Position numbers and translations under genes: made by a program. The notes beneath the pieces were generated by a model, which was given only the letters and a program-made list of their open reading frames with translations, was not told the origin of the DNA and searched no databases. From IMG/VR virus record IMGVR_UViG_2866807700_000004, positions 5,121 through 69,120 of that record: a stretch of DNA of 64,000 nucleotides; one strand, given 5' to 3'. Position 1 is the first letter of the stretch; each line of letters starts with the position of its first letter. The DNA comes from a virus. Positions 9,032-18,018 of this stretch are shown here, one piece after another.

Positions 9032-9585
9032 CTGGGCGCGACGACAACGACATCACGGCGATGCTGCCGCCCGTCGAGTACGAGCCTGAGCGGCGCCGCG
9101 GCCACCATGCCGACGCCCCCCGGTGGCGGACTCTCCTGGACGACCTGTGCCGCTGGATCGTCGGTCACAGGGCCGCGTTCTGTGGGCTGGTCGCGTGCCT
9201 CGCTGCGGCGGCCATGTTCGGCGGCTACGTCGCCGGTCTCCCAGCCAGCGCCGACCCTGCCTCACCCCCGGCCGCCGGGGTGACGGAGACACCACCCGGA
9301 GCCCTCGACGCTCCGCCACCCGCGCCCGGACCGTCACGTATCCGCACGCCCACGGCCCCGGCGGCCACCGTGAAGCCCCGCCCCCGCCGGACAGAACAGG
9401 CAACCCGGCCTGGAACACCGGCTCCGACCCGGGCCGAGCCGTCACCGTCTGCGACGCAGACGTCCCCGCCGCCGGACGGCGGTAAGGACGACGACCCGCC
9501 CCCGGGTGGCGGAGGCACGGGTGGCGGCGAAACACAGAGTCCGCCTCCACCAGGCTCACCCACCCCGAAGGGGCCGGCCAAGTGA
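9028..9585 (+). CDS. single-pass membrane protein with Pro/Thr-rich tail
   Basis: One hydrophobic segment followed by a P/T/A/G-rich region; GTGA overlaps. Confidence 0.65.
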   Translation: MTGRDDNDITAMLPPVEYEPERRRGHHADAPRWRTLLDDLCRWIVGHRAAFCGLVACLAAAAMFGGYVAGLPASADPASPPAAGVTETPPGALDAPPPAPGPSRIRTPTAPAATVKPRPRRTEQATRPGTPAPTRAEPSPSATQTSPPPDGGKDDDPPPGGGGTGGGETQSPPPPGSPTPKGPAK

Positions 9586-9998
9586 ACGAACTCCACGGCG
9601 GTGAGGCTCCGGTCCCGGGCGCGCGCGTCGAGGCCATCCGGGAGGGCCTGGCCGTAGCGCTCGAGACGGCGATCCCAGGCCCGTGGGTCGACAGGGCCGC
9701 CACCGTCCTCGCCCCGATCGTCACAGGGCTCCGGACCGGCCCGGTCACCGCGGTCCCGGACGACCTCCCGAAGCGGGACGGCACCGGCGCGCCGTTCGCG
9801 ACGATCGTGGCCCGGACAGAGCAGCACCTGCAGCGCTCGATCGACGCCGGCTGCAGCACCTGGGCCGACCTGGTGCGGGCCCGGCTGTACGCGGCGCTCG
9901 CCGAAACCGACCCGGAGCGCCTCCACGCCGCCGTCCTGAACCTCGGGTCCACGTGCGAGGCGTGGGCCGGGGACCTCGCCCGACGGCAGGGGCTGTGA
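9582..9998 (+). CDS. hypothetical protein with degenerate MazG-like C-terminus
   Basis: 'TWADLVRARLYAALAETDPERLHAAVLNLGSTCEAW' resembles the phage TW..IL.EE..EALAE.DP..L..EL.Q motif but lacks the acidic residues. Confidence 0.5.
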   Translation: MNELHGGEAPVPGARVEAIREGLAVALETAIPGPWVDRAATVLAPIVTGLRTGPVTAVPDDLPKRDGTGAPFATIVARTEQHLQRSIDAGCSTWADLVRARLYAALAETDPERLHAAVLNLGSTCEAWAGDLARRQGL

Positions 9999-10213
9999 TG
10001 GCCCGCAAATTCGGTCAGGTCCTGACCCAGGTCGCCACTGGGACACCCGAAGGGCGGACCCGCTGCGGCCACACCGGCCCGGCGGTCGGCTGCCGGGTGT
10101 GCGAGGCCGCCCTGTCCCGTCAGCGCCGGCCCGGGCGGCTACGCGGCCGCGGCTGGACGAAGAGCGACAAGCCCCCCAAGCGGCGTCGCCGCAAATCCAG
10201 GAGGACGACATGA
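9998..10213 (+). CDS. small basic Cys-containing protein
   Basis: TGATG overlap; CGH...CRVC; Arg/Lys-rich tail. Confidence 0.5.
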   Translation: MARKFGQVLTQVATGTPEGRTRCGHTGPAVGCRVCEAALSRQRRPGRLRGRGWTKSDKPPKRRRRKSRRTT

Positions 10214-10869
10214 CCACCGCGACCGACCCCGCGACGCAGCTCCACAACCTGTCCACACTGCCGGACGACTCTTTCCGCACGCTCATCGAGAACAACCTCG
10301 ACCGGGACGAACACCCGTCCCTGTGGGACCTGCTGCTTCACCCGCAGATGGTCCGCCGAACCCACGCCGCGCTGGGATCGGCGTTCCGTGATGTCGAGGA
10401 CCAACTCGCCGAGCGCCGCGCCGACCTGGAGAGCTTCCGGCAGGAATGCCACCAGGCAGGCCCCGCAGGCAAGGACAAGTGGTTCGCCGCGCAGGGCGAG
10501 CATCAGGAATGGCGGCGCCGCGCGATCGGCTACCGACGCATCCTCCAGCGGCGCCTCAGCGAGGCCAAGAACGCCCTGAACAACGCGGCTGCTCTGCCGT
10601 CCCCACAGCCTGCCCCAGCCAACTCGGCACGGAAGACCCGGCAGGTGACGACCGTGTTCCGCCTCGCCTGGGTGATCTCCCAGCACCGCGACGAGACCCT
10701 CCGGCAGGGCATCGTCCCCGACGAGCACGACGTCGAGCTGTGGCGCGCCCTCGACCTGATCGAGCTCGACACCACCGACGGCCCCATCACCATCACCGAG
10801 TTCCTCGACGACGTCACCTCCAAGCCGGGCTTCACCCCGCCCGACCTGCCAGCCGGAGGACGTTCGTGA
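10210..10869 (+). CDS. hypothetical protein
   Basis: GGAGG RBS; ATGA/GTGA overlaps; helical product. Confidence 0.65.
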   Translation: MTTATDPATQLHNLSTLPDDSFRTLIENNLDRDEHPSLWDLLLHPQMVRRTHAALGSAFRDVEDQLAERRADLESFRQECHQAGPAGKDKWFAAQGEHQEWRRRAIGYRRILQRRLSEAKNALNNAAALPSPQPAPANSARKTRQVTTVFRLAWVISQHRDETLRQGIVPDEHDVELWRALDLIELDTTDGPITITEFLDDVTSKPGFTPPDLPAGGRS

Positions 10870-11501
10870 GGTTCCAGATCGAGCCGCTGACCGTATGGAC
10901 CGACCCGGTGACGAGCCCGCGCCGCTCGTCCGGGGTCTTCCGCGCATCGTGGAAGTCCACCCTCGATCTCCTGCAGCGGGAGGCCGGGCTTCTCGGCGCC
11001 GACCTCGTCGTGCTCCAGGTTGACGCCGGGAAGGCGGACATCCGGCAGGACGGGATGCTTCGCGCACGCGCGCACGTCGAGTTCCCCGGTGTCGTCGTCA
11101 GTTTCAGCAGCGACCACGGGCCGCTGCGGTACGCCGCGGATACCTACCAGCAGGAATGGGGCGGGGCCCTACCGGCGTGGCAGGCCAACGTCCGGGCGAT
11201 CGCTCTCACGCTGGAGGCGCTGCGGGCGGTCGACCGGTACGGCGTCACCAGGCGCGCGGAGCAGTACGTCGGGTTCCGGGCGCTGCCCGCCGCCGAGGGC
11301 GGGTTCGCCTCCTCCGATGACGCCGTCCGCTGGATGCGCGACCAGGCGAGCCCGCACGCCAAGGACGCCGACACCGCCACCCCGAACGGCCTGTACCGGT
11401 TCCTGGCCAAGCAGCTGCACCCCGACACCGGCGGGACCGCGGACGACTGGGAGCGGCTCGACCAGGCCCGCCGCCTGCTGAAGGAGGCGAAGCTCCTGTG
11501 A
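10866..11501 (+). CDS. phage protein with C-terminal partial J-domain (HPD motif)
   Basis: 'LYRFLAKQLHPDTGGTADDWERLDQARRLL'. Confidence 0.8.
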   Translation: MRFQIEPLTVWTDPVTSPRRSSGVFRASWKSTLDLLQREAGLLGADLVVLQVDAGKADIRQDGMLRARAHVEFPGVVVSFSSDHGPLRYAADTYQQEWGGALPAWQANVRAIALTLEALRAVDRYGVTRRAEQYVGFRALPAAEGGFASSDDAVRWMRDQASPHAKDADTATPNGLYRFLAKQLHPDTGGTADDWERLDQARRLLKEAKLL

Positions 11502-11746
11502 CCTCCGTCCTGACCGTCCGCGTAGGCGGCTCCGTCGCAGGCTCATGCGGCCGCGCCTGCTACGACGCTGAGCACGAGCCCTGCCGGTGCGTGTGCTGTG
11601 GCACGAACCACCGCGCCGGGTTCGAGCAGGCGGTTCGCAACGCGCGGGACATGGCCGCGGAATGGGTCGCGCGGGCCCGTGCGGACGGTCAGGACATCGA
11701 CACCTACGAGCTGGGCCTGGACGTGGTCCAGCACGCCCTTTTCTGA
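11498..11746 (+). CDS. small Cys-rich protein
   Basis: C-x3-C...CRCVCCG.NH. Confidence 0.65.
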   Translation: MTSVLTVRVGGSVAGSCGRACYDAEHEPCRCVCCGTNHRAGFEQAVRNARDMAAEWVARARADGQDIDTYELGLDVVQHALF

Positions 11747-11755
11747 GGAGACCAC

Positions 11756-11857
11756 ATGCGCAGATACCGCAGCGCCCGCCGCGACAGACGCCGCCGCGGC
11801 GGCTGGGTCGGTGACCTCATCGAGTTCATCGCCGACCTGATCACGTGGGGGCGGTGA
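11756..11857 (+). CDS. 33-aa basic/amphipathic peptide
   Basis: GAGGAG RBS; MRRYRSARRDRRRRGGWVGDLIEFIADLITWGR; stop overlaps the next GTG. Confidence 0.5.
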   Translation: MRRYRSARRDRRRRGGWVGDLIEFIADLITWGR

Positions 11858-12180
11858 TCGTGCAGGCCGCCGCGTCCGAGCCGCGCCCATCATCGACGCC
11901 GAAGGCGCGGCGACGCACCGGCACCTGCTCGCACTGCGGTGAGACCAGGGCCATGACCGCGACAGGGCTGATCTACAGCCACGGCTCGCTGCGCGCGGGC
12001 TGCCCCGGGGCGGGGAAGGTCCCCGCCGAAGTGACTGTGCAGGCGTTCAGGGAGATCCTCGACGACCTGCCGGTATTCGCGCTGAACGGCGCACCCGTCG
12101 TCCGGCTGGACGACCTGAACGACGCCGTCGCCCGCGCCGCCGCCGGAATCCGCCCTCTGGACGGGGACAGCGATGGGTAG
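11854..12180 (+). CDS. zinc-binding hypothetical protein
   Basis: CSHC...H...C.G.G. Confidence 0.55.
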   Translation: MIVQAAASEPRPSSTPKARRRTGTCSHCGETRAMTATGLIYSHGSLRAGCPGAGKVPAEVTVQAFREILDDLPVFALNGAPVVRLDDLNDAVARAAAGIRPLDGDSDG

Positions 12181-12276
12181 CCCGGTCCCGGTCGCGCGGG
12201 CGCTCCACCGGCAGCGCCTCGCCGGCTGCGTGTCCCGTGCCGATGCGGCCGCGCTCGGCGCGCTCGGCGGTGCGCC

Positions 12277-12663
12277 GTGACTGACCAGTTGAGCAAGCCG
12301 TGCGTGCACTACTCCGCAGCTGAAGAGCGCACGTGCGGGGCGACACCGACCCGGCTGTTCATCCAGGGGCCCCGCTGCGTCCTGCACATCCCTTCGGCCG
12401 AGCGCGGCCTGCCCGAACCGCCGCCGGGCACGTGCGCGCTGGCGAGGTGCCACTGCGGGAAGCCGTCATGCCCCGCCTATGAGACGTACGGCCGCGAGTC
12501 CTACTCGGCGCAGAGCCTGGCGTGGCCAGCGGTCGACGCCCGCGCGGTCGCCTCCGGGAAACGCCGCGCCTCCCCGCAGGAGAAGGCCGCGGCGAAGGCG
12601 GCCGTCCAGGAACAGAAGGACCGCGACGCGGCGCACCGCCGCGGTGCTCAGGGAGGTGCGTGA
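12277..12663 (+). CDS. Cys/His-rich hypothetical protein
   Basis: CVHY..C...RCVLH..CHCGKPSC; stop overlaps the next ATG. Confidence 0.6.
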   Translation: MTDQLSKPCVHYSAAEERTCGATPTRLFIQGPRCVLHIPSAERGLPEPPPGTCALARCHCGKPSCPAYETYGRESYSAQSLAWPAVDARAVASGKRRASPQEKAAAKAAVQEQKDRDAAHRRGAQGGA

Positions 12664-13535
12664 TGGTTCAGCTCACCTACTACGAGCCGACCGGACAGGC
12701 CGCGGATTCCCTGCCGCCCGAGCCCAGGTGGGTGCCAGCCCCAGACGATGCGCACACCTTGCGGCACGGCTACAACCTCGCTGACATCGAACGGCTCGCG
12801 CGGATCGCGGTGAGAGCGGCGAGGGCGCAGGCGATGGACTACCAGGACCGGTACGAAGCCGCCTGGTACGCGATCGTCGAAGGGATCTACACGGCCATTG
12901 ACGCCCCGGACCCGTGGGAGCTGAAGCGGCTCGGCGCGGACGCCGTGAACCGGCTCCAGCAGGACTACGGGCACACATGGGGTTACGACCGCCGAAACCC
13001 CGACGCCGGGTTCGAAGGCATGCGGGGATTCCGCAAGTACTGGGAACTCGACCGTCGCGCCCACCGCTCCTGCGAGGACGGGGTAGTGGATCGGGTAGCA
13101 CTGTGGCAGATCTGGGAACGGCTGTCCGCCACACATCAGGCGATGCTGCTCGCGCTGGCCGCCTACGAGGACCCCGTCGCAGCGTCGGCCGCGGTCGGGA
13201 AGCGCTACAACACCTTCAACACCCATCTGAAGAACGCCCGCCGCGAGTTCCTCACACTGTGGCACGAGGGCGAGACACCGTCGCGGTTCTGGGGCAAGGG
13301 CGACCGGCGCCGGGGCCGCCGTAGCGGTGTTCAGCTGCTGGTCAACCGGCGGCAGCAGCGCGAACGGCGCGCGTTGGCCGAGGTCGAACCGAAGCCAGCC
13401 AAGCCGCCTCGAACCCACTGCTCCAACGGGCACCGACTCGTCCCGGACATCCTCACGGCTGCCGGCAGGTGCAAGGCGTGCGGTCGTGACCGCAGCGCCC
13501 TTTACCGCGCGAAGAAGCGGGGGGCGGCTGCGTGA
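12663..13535 (+). CDS. sigma-70 region 4-like regulator with C-terminal Cys/His zinc motif
   Basis: 'LWQIWERLSATHQAMLL...YNTFNTHLKNARREF' is sigma region-4-like; 'RTHCSNGH...RCKAC' tail. Confidence 0.55.
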   Translation: MVQLTYYEPTGQAADSLPPEPRWVPAPDDAHTLRHGYNLADIERLARIAVRAARAQAMDYQDRYEAAWYAIVEGIYTAIDAPDPWELKRLGADAVNRLQQDYGHTWGYDRRNPDAGFEGMRGFRKYWELDRRAHRSCEDGVVDRVALWQIWERLSATHQAMLLALAAYEDPVAASAAVGKRYNTFNTHLKNARREFLTLWHEGETPSRFWGKGDRRRGRRSGVQLLVNRRQQRERRALAEVEPKPAKPPRTHCSNGHRLVPDILTAAGRCKACGRDRSALYRAKKRGAAA

Positions 13536-15156
13536 TCGGGATCGCAGGGTTCACCGGCGTCACATGGCGGGATGCGGCCGTGCAGGCGCGGCATGGCGAG
13601 GCCGCGCTGTGGAAGGCCGCGCAGGCGGTGACCAGCCAGCTGGCTGGTCGGATCGGCGAGCGTGCCGCGGTGGCGTGGGTCCACACTGCCGCCGTCGTCG
13701 ACCACGCTGGCCGCTATGGGCTCATCTCGGCCGAGAACCTCGACGATTCTGCTGCGATCCGGAAACAGGCTGAGCAGCTCGCCTCGTGCAACCCGGCGCT
13801 CGCCGGCTTCGCTGACCCTGCTGCGAACCCGATGTGGGACGCCGACCCTGGCGACGCGGCGGCCGACATCGCGGCCCTGTACGCCGAGCACACGACCGTG
13901 GACCTGCCGGGCGTCCCGGACGGGTACCGCATCGGTGACCTCTACCAGCAGCTCAGCGAAGAGGCGCGTAAGGGACGCGCGCTGTGCCAGACCCCGCCAT
14001 GGGTCACCGACCTGCTCCTGTCCCTGTCCCTCGACCATGCCGCCGACGAAGCCGGATGGGATGGACTGCGCTCGCTGAAGGTCATCGACCCGGCGTGCGG
14101 GACCGGGCACGTCCTAGTCGAGACTTTCCTGCGGCTGGAAGCGTGGCAGTGGCTGCACCCAGGGGCACCCCGCGTGCGCGGTGCCCTAGTGCCGGACGTG
14201 CTGGCGCAGGTCCACGGATGCGACCTGGACCCGTACGCGGCGCTGATCGCCCGGTACCGGCTGTGCGCCTTGGCCGCCGCGATGAGCGGCACCGACCTTG
14301 CCGGGCTACCCGCGGATCTGCCGGTGCAGGTGGCCACCGCAGATTCCCTGCTCGCCGACGATGAGCCATTGCTGGCGCGCGGTGCCTACGACGTGGTGGT
14401 GATGAACCCGCCCTACATCACCCCGAAGGACGCCCTGGCCCGGGACGCGGTCCGCGCCCGGTACCCGGACGTGTGCCACCGAAAGTACGCACTCTCACTG
14501 CCGTTCCACGCGCTGGCCAATGACCTGCTCAAGCCGGGAGGCTGGTGCGCGCAGCTCACCGCGAACAGCTTCATGAAACGAGAGTTCGGCAAGCCGTACG
14601 TCGAGAAGTACCTGTCAGGGCTGGACCTGCATTGGGTGATCGACACCTCCGGCGCCTACTCCCTGGCCACGGCACCCCCACCGTCATCCTCGTCAACCGC
14701 AACCAGCCCCCAACCGCGCCCATGGTGTCGACCGTGCGAGGCGCCCAAGGCGAACCCTCGGTTTCGGAACTCCCGGGCCGCGGCATTGTGTGGACACAGC
14801 TCCGCCACGCCGTCCGCGAACGCGACCAAGCCGCCCGCCTCGACGCGCTCCTGGACCGCAGCGACAGCCAGGAGCTGCACGCCGCGTCCGAGGAACCACC
14901 CCCGGTGCCGGTACCTGATGGAGACCGGCCGTCAGCGCAGGGCGCGCCCACTCCGAAGCGGAGACGTGCGGCACCGTCCGCAGTTGGCCAGCTCGATCTG
15001 CTCATCGAGGTGGCGGAAGAGGGAGCGGGCACGCAGCAGGCCCGGGTGGCGCAACGGCGACGGAGCCGCCTTAAAGGCGGCATCTCTGCGGGTTCGAATC
15101 CCGCCCCGGGCACCTGGCGGCAGGCCAAGCAGGCGAGCGACCGGGGGCCGAAATGA
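13532..15156 (+). CDS. PglX (BREX type 2)-like N6-adenine DNA methyltransferase, frameshifted at ~14660
   Basis: Motif I IDPACGTGH, motif IV NPPY, and PglX-type blocks GDLYQQLSEEARK, TANSFMKREFG, VIDTSGAY|PGHGTPTVIL split between two frames; the corrected frame stops at 15156, overlapping the next ATG. Confidence 0.85.
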
Positions 15157-15539
15157 CCCGCACTGAGGACCTGAGTGCGGCGTTCGCCGACGGGCCCGCC
15201 CTCCACGCGGGCTTGGACGAGAAGCTCACCGCCGCGCTCCGGGCGGCTGTGCCGCTGCGGATGCTGGAGATCCGCGGCTGGACGGATCGGCAGCGCGCGA
15301 ACGACGCCGCGTGGGTCCAGGAGCTGATGCGCGGCGGCGCGGCTGCGGACGAGCTGCTGTACGGCGTGAAGGGCGGCCGGCCCGCTGCAGCGTTTGGTGC
15401 CTTGGTTCGCGGCCTGGCGGTCCTGGCGTACGTGGAGGGCGGCGTGGAGCTCGCCGGGCTGCACTGGTGCGCCGAGCCGCATATCGAGTGCCCGAGCAGG
15501 CCCCCGTGGACGCATTTGGAGGAGGCCGTGCCGGGGTGA
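15153..15539 (+). CDS. hypothetical protein
   Basis: ATGA overlap; GC3 bias. Confidence 0.6.
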   Translation: MTRTEDLSAAFADGPALHAGLDEKLTAALRAAVPLRMLEIRGWTDRQRANDAAWVQELMRGGAAADELLYGVKGGRPAAAFGALVRGLAVLAYVEGGVELAGLHWCAEPHIECPSRPPWTHLEEAVPG

Positions 15540-15585
15540 GCCCGGCAGCGGCCTTTGGAACGTGACGAGGACGGGAGAGTGATGA

Positions 15586-16080
15586 GTGGCCGACGAGGAG
15601 CCGGGCGACGATGCCGTGGCGCTGGCCGGGCTCGACGTCCAATGGATGCGCCGGTTCGACTGGGAGCGCCTCGTCCGGCGGTGCCGCCTCGGGTTCTACG
15701 AGGGCAAGACCCGGGACCCGCGGCGCTGGGTGCGGCATCTGACCGTCCAGGACGTCGCGCTGGTGCTCGCGACGTACGGGAACCTCGACGGGACCCGCGT
15801 GCGGCCCTCGGCGGCGCGGATGGCAATGGTGTGCGACCTGGACGAGCGGACCGTCCGGGCCGTCATCGGACGCCTGCGCCGGCTGAACCTGCTGGAGCTG
15901 GTATCGCCGCATCGTTCCCCGGGGCGCCGTGGCGGGCCGGGGTGGTCCGCGGAGTACCGGCTGACCGCTCCGGCCGACCTTCTGGAGCGGGTCGCGCACC
16001 TCGACCCGGAAGAGCAGACGCTGATCGTGCCGCCGGGTGTCGACACCGGCCCGGAGCGGAAGCCGCGAGCACCGAAATGA
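15586..16080 (+). CDS. helix-turn-helix replication initiator-like protein (may continue by frameshift into 16077-16472)
   Basis: 'VALVLATYGNLDG...PSAARMAMVCDLDERTVRAVIGRL' winged-helix pattern; followed by DnaA boxes and tandem repeats. Confidence 0.6.
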   Translation: MADEEPGDDAVALAGLDVQWMRRFDWERLVRRCRLGFYEGKTRDPRRWVRHLTVQDVALVLATYGNLDGTRVRPSAARMAMVCDLDERTVRAVIGRLRRLNLLELVSPHRSPGRRGGPGWSAEYRLTAPADLLERVAHLDPEEQTLIVPPGVDTGPERKPRAPK

Positions 16081-16093
16081 CCCACAGCCCGCC

Positions 16094-16127
16094 TGTGGAT
16101 AACTCGCCGCGGCTGGCCTGTGGACAA
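16094..16127. promoter_or_regulatory. two DnaA boxes (TGTGGATAA 16094-16102; TGTGGACAA 16119-16127)
   Basis: Reverse complements TTATCCACA and TTGTCCACA are the canonical and Streptomyces-type DnaA boxes; a near-match TGTGGAAAA lies at 16330-16338. Confidence 0.65.
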
Positions 16128-16144
16128 CCCGTCGTGCCCGAACT

Positions 16145-16232
16145 AATGACCGGGGGCTCACCCCCGGTGATTCCAGGAATGACCGGGGGCTCACCCCCGG
16201 TGATTCCAGGAATGACCGGGGGCTCGCCCCCG
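16145..16232. repeat. 33-bp tandem repeat, about 2.7 copies, each with an 8-bp inverted repeat (iteron-like)
   Basis: AATGACCGGGGGCTCACCCCCGGTGATTCCAGG at 16145, 16178 and a partial copy at 16211; ACCGGGGG-ctca-CCCCCGGT palindrome. Confidence 0.9.
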
Positions 16233-16573
16233 CCCACCATGCCAACTACAGGCACCAGGACCAAAGGAAAGACACCAGGCCAAAACCCCGCTTTCTGTCT
16301 CTTATGGCTGAGCTGGAAGGCGACACGCCTGTGGAAAACCCGACCCGCGCCTGTGGGAACCGCCCTGGCGCCCGGCCCCGTCGTCGACGCCACCCGCCGC
16401 ACTCGCCCGCTTGCCGGACCTCGGCGCCACCCTCATCGACGCGCACCCGCTGACCTCAAGAACCCGACATGAGAGGCACACGACACCCACGCCACTGAAC
16501 TAATAAACGGACACAAAGCCCAATAAAAGCCGTACACCACATGGCACCCGGTACCCGTCAAAAAGGACACAGA

Positions 16574-17185
16574 ATGACTGACCGCGAATTCGAAATCACC
16601 AACGACCACCTCACCCTCCTCCGCAACGCCCACTGGAGCTGGAACGACTGCGAATTCGGCGCACCCACCATCGACCCGAAGCGCCCCTACGGCAACAGCA
16701 GCGTCATCCGCGACATCGCCGAACTCCTCGACATCGACCTCGACGACCTCGACCGGGACCGCGAAGACGAGTTGAGCGAACTCCACCGCGAGACGCTCAC
16801 CGTCCTGGACATCGCCCTGGCGACCGGCTCGTTCGCGCCGGGCACGTACCGGTACCGCGCCGACGGGTGGGAACGGGTCGGCGACGGCGCGACGGTCCTG
16901 GACGTTCGGATGGGCGAGAACGACGCCGGCGCGGCCACGATCCGCGAGTACCTGACCGCGCTTCTCACCGCCCTGTGGAGCACGGGCGAGGGGTTCTCGG
17001 GGAAGCGGCCGTTCGGGAACTCGGGCTGGGACTGGGACCTCATAGCGGCGCTGGCCAAGGCCGGGCGCATCACTGCGACGTTCGACGAGGACGGTCTCCT
17101 CGACCGCCTGGATAGCGACCAGGAGCGCAAGGGGCAGCGGCTGATCGCCGAGGCGATCCGGGCGCTCGGTCAGGTGGGCCGGTGA
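16574..17185 (+). CDS. hypothetical phage protein
   Basis: AAGGA RBS; acidic, GC3-rich frame. Confidence 0.7.
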   Translation: MTDREFEITNDHLTLLRNAHWSWNDCEFGAPTIDPKRPYGNSSVIRDIAELLDIDLDDLDRDREDELSELHRETLTVLDIALATGSFAPGTYRYRADGWERVGDGATVLDVRMGENDAGAATIREYLTALLTALWSTGEGFSGKRPFGNSGWDWDLIAALAKAGRITATFDEDGLLDRLDSDQERKGQRLIAEAIRALGQVGR

Positions 17186-17493
17186 TGGCAGGCGTGGTCC
17201 GGCGGGGCGGGGATGGGGTTGCGCAGCCCGGATTCGATCAACGCGCGACGATCACTGGTGATCACGTATCGCGTTCACCAGACAACGGTCCGGAGTCACC
17301 GCAGACGATCTCAGCGCCCCGCCGCCTCGCCATCTCCATCCCATCTGACCGCGCCGTCCGGGGGGACACCGACCGCAACCAGGAGTTCGTCGCCCGCGAA
17401 GCGTTCACCGGCCTCCGCCATCCCGGGGTCGAGGAGAACCCGGCGAGGACCCCGCCTGATACCGGCAGACTCGCGCCGCGCAGGGATCTACCG

Positions 17494-17820
17494 TTAGACG
17501 GCCCCGGCCCGCTGGGCGAAATACACCACAGCGGTCTTGGCGCCAGCGATGATCTCATCGCCCAGCCGGTAGGCGCGATCGGTGCCGGGGTGCTGCATGA
17601 TCCATGTCATCGCCTGCTTGAGGACCAGGTCGATATCGGTAGGACGAAGCAGGATCGCTTCGCCGCCGTTGATCTGCTCTGGTGCCTTGTGCTGCCAGAG
17701 CCGGTAGAACTGCCCGTTGGCGGGGTCGAACGCCATGTGGCGATCACCCTCCGGGTTGAGCAGCAGCACTGGGAACGGCACCTCAGGACCTGGTGTCCAC
17801 GGTGCCTCATAGTCCGCCAT
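17494..17820 (-). CDS. antisense moron, hypothetical protein
   Basis: Globular-looking product on the opposite strand to its neighbours; purine-rich RBS; somewhat lower GC. Confidence 0.6.
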   Translation of the reverse strand: MADYEAPWTPGPEVPFPVLLLNPEGDRHMAFDPANGQFYRLWQHKAPEQINGGEAILLRPTDIDLVLKQAMTWIMQHPGTDRAYRLGDEIIAGAKTAVVYFAQRAGAV

Positions 17821-18018
17821 AGTGCTCCATTCCCCTCGTGTTGGCTCGGTCGCGGGTTGCATTGTCCACCGCCCGAAGCCGATTGGCACCCCATTCGGCC
17901 GATGACGGCCGCCTGCGATGCGCGGCCCCGACGGGCGTGGCAGCGCGGCTCACGGCAGGACCTGCTTACTCCGCGCCGAACGACATTCCGACGCCCCGGA
18001 CCGAAAGGCAGATGAGGC

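Noticed and set aside
13532-15166. The 544-aa ORF as given, and a complete BREX/Pgl defence locus
   Set aside because: Its last ~165 aa are off-frame low-complexity sequence, and no other BREX components are in the window.
16145-16232. 33-bp repeats as a CRISPR array
   Set aside because: The copies are directly adjacent with no unique spacers, and no cas genes are present.
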